Shown: in pieces, positions 50,550 to 63,565 of the stretch
How the letters are laid out: the number at the start of each line of letters is the position of its first letter
How positions within the stretch are numbered: position 1 is the first letter of the stretch
NCBI GenBank assembly: GCA_035084275.1
Contig: CM068744.1
Span: 18,414,001 to 18,478,000, forward strand
Direction of reading: 5' to 3'
From: Hydrolagus colliei
Taxonomy: Eukaryota
DNA length: 64,000 nucleotides
Translations under genes and position numbers: made by a program
Notes under the pieces: model-generated
Databases searched by the model: none
Seen by the model: only the letters and a program-made list of their open reading frames with translations
Told to the model about the DNA's origin: nothing

Positions 50550-50924
50550 TAGATTTGTAAAGGGGCAATTTCAGTCAGATACCTGTTTTTGTTTCCACAG
50601 AGCATAATCAGTGACTCAATCTGGTTACCACAAAAGGAAGTTGAGACCAGATACACTGGACTTATTCATAGAGCAACTTGATGCTGTGATGGCAGGAGGG
50701 TAGGGTGTGCATTGTGGAAGAATGAGATCAGATGGGCTTAAGGGCTTTCTTCAGCCAAACCAATCTTGTGATTATACTTTTGTGATTAGATCCTAGTATT
50801 CTTATTAGTGTCTCTAATCATGTTACTACATTGACACATCTAGATATTGAAATGTTGTGTCTATTATACTCAGATCCCTGTCTAAGGTCCTGCTCTCAAT
50901 TCCATTCATTATATACTTAATTGT

Positions 50925-51181
50925 CTGCCTGTTCAGGTGCATGGTAAAGATTCCTAGGTAATAACTGAAAAAGCAGTATTTGTTCCAGTATCTTGGCCAA
51001 AATTCCCACAGATAAAATTGGTCATTCAGTTCATGGCACTTGTGGGACATCACTGTGCACAAATTATTTGCTACGTTCACCTTAAAATTTAGTCATTTTG
51101 TAGTAAACTCCATGAAGTACAGTACCTTGAAACATCTTCTCGATGTGAAAGGCATTATATCAAATGCAAGGATTATTATTA
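50925..51181 (+). mobile_element. Old Deu-SINE 3' part
   Basis: gtctgcctgttcaggtg...ttggccaa...tgtgggac...caaatgcaaggattattatt. Confidence 0.75.
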
Positions 51182-54100
51182 AGACTCATATTTGTGTACT
51201 ATATATTTATAGCATTTTCATTCCCACGTCTCTCCAATTGCATGGCTGAACTAAATCCTCGCCATTTTTTTGTTGAATCCTGTCTCACTACTGCTCCAAT
51301 ACTTTTGTATTCCCAACAAATATAAAAAAGTAAAATGTCTTCTGCAAGAATTTACAAATTATTGTAGTATGTTAAGAAAGTATTGTGGCTTTACATAGAC
51401 AAAATAGGATGCCAAAAGATACACTCTTTAATTAATACTTCAAGACTCCTGCATAATTTCTGAATACTCATATTTGCATGTGCTGTTGTCAGCTGCATTA
51501 CCATTTCTTCTGTATTCAAGTGGGAGCCTGTCATTGAGCATTAGACTAGGAAAGTTGCAAATCACTAAAGAGATTGCCAGACTTGCCTGCTGTGCTTCAT
51601 TCTGGTGAATATATTCTATTAAGTTGCATTGAATAGCTTGACCTTTTAACACTATTTGTCATGCGGAAAGCTAACTTCTCTTCCGTTGTTGCTAGAAATT
51701 TTCTGCTTAATTTTTCTCTATTATAAGATAAGGGAAAAATTAAAAGGGGCATTCCCACTAGACAGTTTGTATCTGCATCAGTGCATTCTATCAAGTGAAG
51801 CACACCACCAATGTTGACAGTGTTTGCCTTTGGTGAGAATACCAGTTGTGTGTATTTTGTTAAAAAAAACTTCCTGGGTATTTAAGGGCAGTCACATCTG
51901 TTCAGCTGGCAAGTCCAGGATGCAACACGACAGGATATTATGACAGATTACATGATAGAGATCAGAAGAGTGTCTGCTGCTGTGCTGATGTTGTAACATA
52001 AGCATTGATGTGTGTTACCGTTACACACCGTCCATGCCTCCCCTGCACATCTCGTCATTCCCCATTCTTTGTACTTGAGCAGTATTCAGCACAGCTGGTT
52101 GACCTATATTTCTTTACTGTCAAGACTAACCTCTTTGGGGATAATCGTATGATCCAGCAAGAGGATTTGACCAACCCATCTCGAGCTGATATTGAAGATG
52201 TTTGGAAAGGTCTCTGAGTGTCAAGTAATCTGAGGAAACGCCCAATAAATTGTAATCAAAACACTCTTCGCTGGCCCTTACACAGAGAAAGTGGCCTGAA
52301 GAGATAAGTTGGTTATTTCAGGCTAGTTTAATGGTTGTTTTGACATCTATTAAATTGTGTAAATTATAGATATCAAGAAGGAACGATATTTTCGAGGTAG
52401 CAACTACAGACTTTATTGGAATAAAATGTGGACAACCCTCAGCTCTCCTTCCTTCTTTACATTTATTCCTTGGTGAAGTCCACTTTTTTCACCTTTGCCC
52501 CATCACCAACCTATGCTCCATCAACCAGCAAATGCCACCAAAACGCTTATTTACCTGCTGGCTATACGTTTCAAATGCATTCTTTCTTAAGATCCCTGAT
52601 TCCACCATCTATAAGTTCCAGCTAATTCAAATCTCAATCATTCGCATCCTCATACACAGAGTCCTCAGAATACTATTTGTTGGCAAAATACCTGCTCTAA
52701 TATTTCCATCATAACAAAGAATAACCTGACTCCAACCAGTAAATATTAGTCCCAGCTATATTTTGCCTGAGGCACTATTCCCACAATTCCTGCAACATAA
52801 TGCATCATGGATTATTAGGTTACAGGTTGCCCTCCAATGTACCATATTATAAACTGCTGCCTCATCTGTGTTACCATGGCAAGTTGCTGAACGGATGGCA
52901 GTCTCTCCCAGTTCAGGAGGAAAGAAACAGACACACTATCTCCACTCTAACACACCACCTGGGAGATTGCTATAGGTGTGTTAGTCAAGGGGCAGATATC
53001 CAGGCTTTACAAAAATATGGGTAGATTAATATTGTGTCTGTTACGTAGGCAATCACAGACATTATGAGGGAGTCGATCAAGGCTGGGGAGGTTTCAATCG
53101 ATTGGAAGCAAGCAAATGTTGTTCAGACATTCACGAAGGACATCACAGCTAAACCTGGCATCTATGGATTCATTAAGACAAACAGGATGTTGGGCTATGT
53201 TACTCAAGTAGGTTACTGAGCTTAGATTCCCAGATATCATACTCAGGTTGTACAGTGCTGGGTAAGATCACACCTAAATATTGCATATGGCTCTGGTCAC
53301 TGTGACATAAAGAGGATACAGCAGTGGTCACCGAAACATTTCTTGACCATAGAGAATTTAACTCTTTTATTTTACAGCCATCTTGCCAAACCCTTTATTA
53401 ATTCTCTATGTGCCTATTCTTTAGTCCACTCTTTCTCTAACTGTTCATTGCCTCTTTCTATTTTTCTCATCATTATGGTTTAGTTCATGACTGATCCAAC
53501 CATGCAAAATGCATGTGATGAGATACATTGCTGTCCCACTCCTCCGATTCTCCGCAGAAATGGACAAAGATAATCATAGAAGAAGATATTCTTCCTTGTT
53601 TGCTGCAACTTCCTACGTGAAGCGGTATATCAATGCTAATTATTGTTTTGATCCTATGCATTCCAGAAGTAGATGAAGAAAACTTTCATTATCTGATATA
53701 GATTCCTGGAGTCGAAGTTTTAGATATTTAAACAACGTCTGAATTATTACTGCTCAAGTTTTAAAAAAAGATATGTCAGCAATTGATTGGACTTTATATG
53801 ACCATTGACGAAGCATTTTAGTATCATGGTTACAATCAATAAAACAGTTAAACAATAAATTTAAGATAAAAATTCTGAAGAAGCAGCTATTTCTTTCTAT
53901 CAATTAGTCTCAGAATAAGAATCATGTTAAAGCCAGTATAACCAATTACTGTAGAATAAATTAGCAAATATAACTGCCAAACTCATGGAAATTATTCACG
54001 AGTGCTCAGCTTTTTTAACGCTGAATTGGTTAGCATTTTTGCAGTGTGAATTGTCTCTTACACATGGCAAGCCTTATCGAAAATCAGTCTAAAATGGGCA

Positions 54101-54184
54101 CATATCATTGTTAATAATACTGTATTCTATTTCCAGCCTGAATTAACATAATCTACGAATATGGTTGGCAGAAAAATTAGAGCT

Positions 54185-54290
54185 GGAAGTAAAACTGAAA
54201 GGAAAAGAAAATGAAAGATTCTCAATCGTTTGTCTTTGAGAACCAGATTGGCCACATTTCCTCCTTTGGCTAATCTAAGGAATTCCCCAT
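54185..54290. promoter_or_regulatory. Candidate IRF plus NF-kB inducible enhancer
   Basis: AAAACTGAAAGGAAAAGAAAATGAAAG 54191-54217; GGAATTCCCC 54279-54288. Confidence 0.4.
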
Positions 54291-57158
54291 GAGCACCATC
54301 AATGTTGTTCAGTGATGCTCCCACGGCAGGAGGCCTGACTATGTGTGGCTGAAGTAAAAAAAATGAGACTGAACTCCCTGCCGCACTGCAATAATCCAAC
54401 TAGCACTCCAGAAATAAACACTGGCTCTCTGGTAATAAACACCGGCTTTGGACTAAGTCTGAGTGTTCTTGCTTATGCATTAAGTGAACTAAAGGGAATA
54501 TCTAGATTCTTTCAATGCATGGGCCCAGGTGAATAGTCAAGATGTTCTACCTTGTGCTCAGTGTTATTTATCTTCAGCTTGGCTAAACACTGTCACCCTA
54601 AATTATTGCAGCAAGCATCATGAATGCAAGCCAGGATTGCTCTTTAAAAGAGCCAGCTCAGATACGATGCCGCAAACTGCTTTCTTCCTTCCTTAAATTT
54701 CTGTAGTTTAATATGACATAAATGTTAAGAAAAAGTATGGGAGGCAAAATATAATGTTATTAATCAAATTCCAATCTTTAATTTTGACTGTTCCTTAGTT
54801 AAGATCGTGCCTGGTGAAGCAGGGACTAAATGTTAGTCTGGAGGCCAGGAAAGAGTGTAATGAAATTCCGTCTGTCACTGTTTAAAACAATGAGCTGGTC
54901 TTCAATCTGAAGAACCAGTGAGCAAAACTATGCACGTGAAATTAGAGAAAGAGAGTATTCAAAACTTGACAGTAAGAACAGGTTTTAAAGAAACATTTTA
55001 AATGCATTTTCCATGCATTCAATGAACAGTACCTTAATTCAGAAGCAGCAATAATTAAGGTATATGTATGATAAGGAATTTCCACCTGCTGTTCATGTGT
55101 AAAATATTCCCCTAAAGTTTTTTTGTTAATCTAACTTGTATGATTGAATATTTTTTTATTAATAAATAACATTGAATATTGTTAAACCCAACAGTATGTT
55201 AAACCCAACAGAACAACCAATACACAATGTGTGTTCATTCATTGAACAATTTATTAATTTGTTCATTCATGCTCAGTTATTTAGAACAGGACACAAAACG
55301 TGAACACAGGCAATGGGTTTTAATTATTTCTACGTGCAAATGTTGTAATATGGGATATAATACCAAATCATATTTAGCTGTAAAAGCTGTACTATTCTGC
55401 TCTTGTTTCAGGAAGCAGAAAATGTGTGTGAATGTGGCACTTGCCAGTTGAATCCTAATAACCAGAATTAGAGACGACTAAAGATAAATAGGTAGCATCA
55501 TGTTAATCTCAAAATGCAGCTTGTACAATGTGTCATGGAAAAATCCTTACACACTCAGGGAGCCTACAAATTAGATATCTGCTCAAGTAATGGAAGGAAT
55601 AACCCGTGACACAAGAGAGAAAAATTAAATTAGAGTCACTAATAGCAGGTCAAAAGAGCTTGAGCAGAGCTAATGAAAGTGACCACAAGATAAGCAATCC
55701 CTACTTGGCTGCAACAACCATCTTCAAGTGACTGTGGCAGACATTCATCTACTCAACGATCAATTCACAAGCGAGACACAAACTTGTTTACGCCACGATG
55801 TAATGGACAAAGCAAGACAGAATCTATCAGCTTTGGCAGGATGCTGCCTCCATTCCCTGGTGAAAGCCATTAGAAGAACCTAAATCTGTATTGGTGTGCT
55901 TCAGCAGAGAGTCATCCCATCATTCTTAGTCCTCGCTTCACTATTACGCTTCAAGTGGCTTTTTGAACCCTTCATGACCTTTAACTTCACAGTGTAAGTT
56001 GTTTGTGAATGTGTGTGAGTATAGGTTGGCAGGGAGTGGGGGTGGGGGGGGGGGGGGTTTGGGGTGGATAGAGAAGTAATCAATATCTGGGCAAATGGGA
56101 GCAAGTGATAACATTTGAAGGGTAAAGCTGCCATCTATGGCATTTGCTTAGAAATATCCATAGTAATGATTGATTCAGGCAGCTACATAAACTGTCACTT
56201 GTCTGGTGATTAGATACTTACAATCCAGTCAAGGCTGCTGTGTACTTCAAAACGTAGAGTTGGTGTACTGTCACTGAATCTATTGCAAACACAGCTTCTC
56301 TAGTCAAACATTTAAATATTTAAGTGGCTTTAAAACAAAGTAATTATCTTGTATAGAGTTACGTTAAAATCGTTAGATTGTGCATAATTCATGTTGAAAT
56401 GTGTTTTTGTAGTTCTGTTTACAAAAAAATATTGTGACGTATGAACATGTTAATTGGGTTTCTCTGGTACACACAAGATGGTTGTATTATACAGGGCATT
56501 TTCAGAGTTTATCATTAAGTCTTTACGGCAGAGAATTAGCCAGTTGTGCAATCGTATCTTTTTTGGTATCATATACTGTCTCCTCCAGTGCAGCAATCTA
56601 CTCTAATTTCATTCATCTGATTTGTCCATATACTCCTTCATATTGTTTACTTAAAAGTATATGAAAACAAATTGCCTTTCAAAATGCTCTACAGATTTGG
56701 CTTCAGCAGTATTTTTTGCAGAATCCAAAAATATGTCATTCAGTTTTAACTTTAAAGTCTTAAAAGAACTTGCAGAAAAAAAACATCTTAAAAGCTAAGG
56801 CTTTACTTATAACTTATATTGAGGTGTGCAACCCTGGAATTCTACAGAAATAGAATACCTAACTCTAGAACCTTGTGGAATTCCTACCCCTTGTAGCCTT
56901 GACAGCTTGATTTGATAGTTTGAGTTTCCATTATGTTGCAAATGTTTGCAATTATATTTCTTAATGACACTGGATCAGTCTACTGTCAAATAGTCAGAAA
57001 CCAATTAGGGAAGCAAATAAAGGGAAAGATATTGTGAGACAAATCTGTTACAGCTTTTGTCAAAAGCTTTGTTGGCTCACAGTTTTCAATATTGTTTCTT
57101 TCTGTTACATTGTTCCAATCTGCTGTGTCAATAAAATATACTTTTCAACATTGAATTC

Positions 57159-57510
57159 ACCCTGGCTCAGTTGGTAGCACTGTTGCCTCTTGATTAGAAG
57201 GTTGTGAGGTCAAGCCCTATGTCAGGACTTTGAGCTCAGAGTTTAGGCTATGTCGGCTGGCACAGCAATGCAGTCCTGGTGAGCATTGTATTATCAGAGG
57301 TGCAGGTCTTTGGATGAGAAATTAAACTGAGGCCGTGTGCTTGTTCATGTTGGACATTAAAGATCCCAATTCCTGAAGATAAGGGAGTTTCTCCTAATGT
57401 CCTAGCCAACAAGTCTGCAGCTAAAAGGTTGGTCATTTACTTCATGACTGTATATGAGATATAGCTTTGCACAACTTATTTGCTGTGTTTGCAAACAAAA
57501 TACAAAACCT
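57159..57510 (+). mobile_element. Old SacSINE1-like Deu-SINE
   Basis: cctggctcagttggtagcact...agaaggttgtg...ggatgaga...aaagatccca. Confidence 0.85.
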
Positions 57511-58377
57511 TGTGAAATTTCTCCCCCACCCCTCCTTGTAGTCTTAACAGTACATAATGTTTCAGACGTCCTAAATCAAATAATAATAATCCTTGCAATT
57601 GATATAGCGCTTTTCACATCTTCTACACGTCTCAAAACACTTCAAAGAATATAGTGTAAAGTGAATTGACTGTATATCTGTGGACGAAATGCAAGGATTA
57701 TAAAATATATTTATGGTAGAGCACATATTTTCCATGAAAGTACAATAATATAATGAGCAACAAATCTTGTGACTTTGATTTCAGTGGAATATAAAAAAAA
57801 GCAGTCTTTATTTGGAATTCTAAGATAAAACAGACTGACCTGAACATATAACCTCCAGCTCAGATCGATGGTGATTCCGTGTTCCCATATCAACCACTGC
57901 TCGAATGTATATATTGCTGGGTTAACTGATAATATTGCTGGGATCACTTGATCTACCTTACAGAAGCATTTTCAACTAGAGTAAAATATTTATGTCATAT
58001 TTCTGCTACTGTGATTTGGAACATCCTCCTGATATGAGGGGTACAATAGAAATGTAGATTGTAATGTACTGATATACAATGATTGCTGCAGTGTTGTACC
58101 ACTGGGAATTGGACCAATTTTGACCACTTTAAACAATTTCTTCTGCCATCTGTGCAATGGAATCATGGTTTCAGAACAAAGCGTGATATGCCCTCAATGT
58201 AATAAATGTTGCACATCAAATTCACTTTGAGAGTTGATTCCATAGACTTTATGGTGGAATTCCAACACTTAAAGTGCTGCATTGTTTTAGCTTCTATCTT
58301 TCAGAAGAGAAGTTACAATAAAAGTGCTGGCTACTTGCTTATGTGGGTGTTAAAGATCCCCTATTTAAAAGCAGAAA

Positions 58378-58568
58378 GGAGCTCTCCTCACTCACCCCAT
58401 CACCGACTATGAGGAAAGAGCCCAGTGTTTTGATACTCAGTATTACATACTGCCCCCACCACCCCACACCTCAGCTTCCAGCTCAGATCCAAAAAACCCT
58501 GACTGTGTCGTGTCCGGGACGTTTTTCTGATGTGGAGGGAGCTATATAAGTGTAACTTGTTGTTGTTG
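58378..58568 (+). mobile_element. L2 3' end
   Basis: gggacgtttttctgatgtgga...gctatataagtgtaact(tgt)n. Confidence 0.7.
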
Positions 58569-59032
58569 CTGCATCTGAAATTGCCTTCCTAAACTCTTGC
58601 AGAATAATTGATCATTCATCTTAAAACTGTTTGTGGGACAATGCTGACTATCCCATTTGCCTTTAAGATAGTCAACACTCTTGTCAGTAAAAAACTGTAA
58701 ATGAGATTAAGAGGTCTTCTGATACTTGGAGCGTCCTACCGACATGAAATTCAAACACAACAACACAACCTGGTGTAACAGCAATCCGATACAAAGTTTT
58801 CTCATTGGTTCCAAAGATACTCTTGTTTTGAAATGATGTGTTCTGACATAACGCATACTAGACAACTGTCCTTTGGAGAGCTAACAAACAAAATGTCCTC
58901 CACACCACTTCATTATTTAGTGACCAATGATGTGCAAACATCCCATTTTATATTCATCTAATTGAGAGTTCATCTGCCTTCGGATTCTGCACAATTGGAT
59001 TCCTTCCAATTGCCTGACTGAATGACATTACG

Positions 59033-59330
59033 TGTCAGCCTGGCTCAGTTGTTACAGCTCAGGCCTCCAAGTCAGAAATAAAGTTGTAGAATTAAGTTCC
59101 ATATTTGGGACATTGAGCTCAAAATCTAGGCTGACATTGCAATGCATTGCTGGAGGTGCATTGCAATTTTGGAGGTTGAGGTTGGATGTTAAAGTACCCA
59201 TGCATTATTCTAAAAGGGAGATTCTCCAGCTGTCCTTGCCATCAATCTCCAGACAAAATTGGTCATTCACTTCATGGCACTTCATAACTATGCACAAATC
59301 GGTTGCTGTGTTCACCCACAAAATACAATA
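59033..59330 (+). mobile_element. Old SacSINE1-like Deu-SINE
   Basis: tgtcagcctggctcagttg head; aatctaggctgaca. Confidence 0.75.
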
Positions 59331-61139
59331 CAACATAATTTACATTTATATACTACCTTTCATGAAGACATCTTAAATTGCTGGACAATACTGACTGGAC
59401 AGTTGAGCTGGAGATGGGAGCTCATGGGATCTACGGTTTATATATTCTTCAGTAAATCCGTTTAGAGCTTTGAGATGTTTCAACAAAGCGTTAAGACGTA
59501 AAGTGGTGATGAATAGCAAAAAAAAAGCTGTGCATAATTATCAGCTACAGTGCAAAGCAAGTTAAGTTTGACAGGCAACCAGGATGTTAAAACATTTGAT
59601 ACATAACAAAATCCTGCCTGTGTTAATCGTAACATTTACTCTGTTTTCATGAAATATTAGTAAATCTACTGAAAATTAAAATTAACTACTACAAAGTGTG
59701 TGGGAGGTTGAAGTGTAAATTTGATTTGTGACAAACATTGAACCTATGTTCAGCTGTTTGTGATCATTGCTATCTTGCCGATTAGCGTTCTAATTTTTCT
59801 TTTGAAAAATTTGCAACTGTGCAACAATGAATAAATGTTGCTATTTAAAGAAATATTATTCCTGTAACAGTGAGTGCACAAAGCTCCATCTCTACATCCT
59901 TCCAAATTACAGATTGCAAGCTTCAAGATCACAGTGTCATAAGCAACTGAAAAAAAGCTGTTAAAAATCAAATGCTTTACAATAATGCTGCGCAGAACCT
60001 CACAAAAATATCAACAGAGGATGTAAGTCAACAGATTGACGGTCTATGCTAATGGTTTAGCAATCCATTTTAGCTAACAGCCAAGTGAGAACTGGATTAT
60101 ACATAATGTATCACTACTACATTAAGTTCCACTTAGGTGCCCCACTCCAATTAACAGTAGAAAAAGTAATACAGAGTATCAATGGTAGCTCCAGGGTATA
60201 TTGGAAGGGTTGTGATATTGTGTACACTATACTGTGGATCAAACTGGCATGGGCTTGTGTGCTAATGCAATTCTGATTCTAACAAACCATTGTCACTATT
60301 ATCTCACAAAGCTAAATAAAAGGTGTGGGAAGGTGGGGTTGGGGGAGAGCAGGGGTGGAATTAAGACAGGTCAGGACACAGCTCCTCCCTCCCACATCAT
60401 GGGAGTCCATTTCCCTTAACTGGCTTGTGGGAAAGAATCATGTTTCCATGATCGCAGCAATAGACATATGGAAAAGACTGGCACCTGTTGCACTGCTGGA
60501 TATAACGTATTAGAATAGTGTCAGCTTTTGTTGTATGATGAGATTTAAAGGTTGCAAGGTGGGTTCTTTCAACTCTAGCTGATTGATGCGTAAGAGGTTT
60601 TGTGTCCACGAGAGACAGCGGTATGGAGCTGAGGTAAGAGAGCAGTGAAGCTGGCTAGTAAATGCAGCCCGTTGAGTAGCTGAGCATGTGAGACAGGCCT
60701 GCGTTGAGGGATATGATCAGTTGTGATCAATCTGCAGTCCAACAGCCAGTTGGAACTCCAGTGTGGTATTAGCTCACTTGTTAAAAGATTTGCATTGGTT
60801 TGTCCTTTGGAGTCACTTGGGTCCATTTTAATTTCAGTGTGTGTGTTAAAAAAAAAGGTTGGTTACCGAGGCTGAATTCAAGTATTTCCAAATTCTCAGA
60901 TATCTGGGCTTTACACTCTAAAATGCTGCATAAATAGAATAAATCTAGACCCAAATGGAATTAAACTGTATTCTATATATTTTATAGCAGTTTGCATTTG
61001 TGGCATTTACCCTAAATTCACATTAAAAAGATTGTTTACATAAGAAGATATCTTTTATATTTCTCACAGTCATTTCCAATGTTGATCAACAGTAATAATA
61101 TCATATTTATTTTCCTCCTTTATCCATTGTTGAATCTCA

Positions 61140-62330
61140 TCACTTCTTAGTGCTCTTCCCTGACATGTCTGCAATTGTACCATTATGTTCTGTAACATGC
61201 AGCGAACAATAGCTAATTTTGCGGTAAGTGTTGGTTCCAAGATCATCAAGATGGTTGATGCAAGTGCAGGAGTGTATCCCAGTCTCTGCCCTGACCTTGA
61301 ATGGACAGCTTCTTCTGAGAGACTGGATGGATATCTGACACATACGGAAACCTCAAATGCCTAAGAGTACCTAAACCAAGCTGAGATTTCCATGTATCCC
61401 ACTCACACATGGAAATCTCGGTAATACATTGTTGGAATGTGCACTCTCTCCCTTGCGACACGCTTCCTTTTTACCAAATTCCAGAAAGTATTAGGCCCAG
61501 GTTGTCAAGAGCCAAGGCTTGGGGATCCCAGAGTATGTGTTGGTGTACTGCTGGAGTCTAACCCGCTAAACCACACAGCTTGCCATTGATAGTGCTGTCC
61601 AGCGAGCTTTCTCAGCTGCTTGTCTAGCTAGGTCTACTCTATTCATTAGGGCTTTGGTTTACAAGATTAACAGGAGCTGAGAGGAATGATTCTCAGCCCC
61701 CCAGAGACTAGTCTGTCCTTTCAGATAGAGAACCGGACTACACAGACCGCCACAGAGGGCTGGCTTGATTCTGACATTCTATTGCCCAGTATGTCACTTT
61801 GGTGCCAGTTCATCTCCAAGAGCACCCCGCTTACCTCATTCCCAGGGAGGATAGTCATAAGTTCATCATTCAACACCCAACAAGTACGGATTTGAGCCCT
61901 CACTCGGTAATGGCAAGTCAAGGATCTTCCTGGTGGGCATCACCTCTCAGCATAAGAGAATTGCCACCATCTTCCTGTCTGCAGCTTGGGCAGCTGACCC
62001 TTCCAATAAGCGATGGTTCCATCAATTAGAGGTGCAGAGTGTAAGCAGCAGCTGCTTGCTTCTCTGCGGGCTAATCAAGGTGGATTCCAGGCACTGGATG
62101 TATGAATGTGTGTTCACGAACTCAGACTCCAGGTCACTCCCGAGAGTTAGTCAACAGCAGGCATGTTGATTTGGGCTTCAATCACGCTATCCTGTTATAT
62201 CTTTCAGGTACATTTCCATGATGCTGCCATTGATATAACAGCTGTTGTTGGTACAAGTCACCATTCTGCATTAAAAAAAACAGCTAGAAAAAAATCCATG
62301 CATCGCTCAATGGTCCATCTCGTTTTTAGA
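61140..62330 (+). repeat. Longest copy of unclassified family X (outer ends uncertain)
   Basis: Parts of about 61340-62095 match the fragments at 1.7, 10.4, 24.5, 35.2, 38.6, 44.1 and 46.6 kb; orientation is arbitrary. Confidence 0.7.
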
Positions 62331-62433
62331 ATGCGCTCACAGCTTCTCATTCCCTAGAACTCCAAGCATTGAAGTTAAAAGGAAAATTCAACCATCATAT
62401 ACTGATTTAAGAATGAGAAACTGTGCCTTAAAC

Positions 62434-63027
62434 CATTGGTTTCCAAACTGTGGGGCGTGCCTTCCTTGGTGGGGGCATACCGTTGGCTGGGGGGGCACGA
62501 CTGTTATTGTTCATAATACAGGTAAACCTCACTTAACGTTGCAGCGTTCACTAATATGTTGTTCGCCAGTTGGTGGAAAGGGGGTACGACGATGCTAGGA
62601 TCTGGGAGTGAGCCGGCAGCGAGAGAGCGAGGCAGGCCGGCAGCGAGTGAGACCAGCAGTGAGTGAGTGAGCTGGGCAGGCAGTCAGGCAACGAGTGAAT
62701 TAGTGGGGCAAGCAGTCAAGGAGAAAGTTTGTGCTGAAAAGCAAGCTGACACATCAAACAAATTCTAAGTGTTGTAAATTGTAAATGTAAGTACTGTAAT
62801 TAGTTTCACAATTTTAATATTTTTTTTAAACAATTAATTTTTTAAAACAATTAATTTCTTTTGTTAATAAATACTTAAAAAAAGATTAAAACAGATAAAG
62901 AAAGTATAGAATTTGCTGTCATCATTTGCGAAAATTATTCAATGTGAATGAGGGGTGGTGGGGGGCGCACAACAAAAACTTTGCTAAGTTAGGTGGGACA
63001 CTGCTATTTAACATTTGGAAGCCACTG
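62434..63027. mobile_element. hAT (Charlie-like) non-autonomous DNA transposon, 594 bp
   Basis: TIRs cattggtttccaaac and (rc) cagtggcttccaaat; 8-bp flanks ccttaaac 62426-62433 and agttaaac 63028-63035; subterminal ggggcg motifs. Confidence 0.82.
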
Positions 63028-63565
63028 AGTTAAACAGTGAGAAATCTGTGTGTTGACAAGAAGTAACCTGGTATCATACATATCAATCTGTTTTCCTATT
63101 TATGAGACATGTTACAGTACCTTGTTTATAGTTATCTCCAATGTTAATATACAAAAGGGTGCAACAAGTGATCTAACAGATTCAATGCAATATCACATTG
63201 AATTTATCATGATATGCTGCAGTTTCAGCACAGTTATAGATAGCAATATTTGGCTATTTGTTTATCATTTCTAACATAAGCAAGTCATTTAAAAACATTC
63301 ATTTTTAGCAATCTGCAAGTGATAGTCTCGATTTCAAAGTTGTCAATCTGTAAACAGTTACAGTATTTGGATATTTTCCTTAATTTTGCAGAATAGCAAT
63401 GAATTTATCAAAGGCTTCATGCTATAGATTGCATTGAATTAGAACTCCCCCTAAAAACAAATGATTGCAGCAAACACCTTGTTGCATGCAGGGAATAATT
63501 AAGACACATAATGCCTTAATAGTATAAAAATGACCCAGTCAAAGTTATCAGCTTTCTCAACAGAA

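Noticed and set aside
54127-54399. 90-aa minus-strand ORF with a hydrophobic C-terminus and an acceptor-like site
   Set aside because: The hydrophobic run comes from the purine tract on the opposite strand; no recognisable homology. Not excluded without RNA data
56028-56067. G-rich runs with G-quadruplex potential (also about 39382-39408 and 40451-40472)
   Set aside because: Common low-complexity tracts with no supporting context; homopolymer length may be unreliable
62285-62335. Minus-strand KTRWTIERC resembling a Harbinger transposase motif
   Set aside because: Expected downstream LKxRFxxL and LHN motifs are absent
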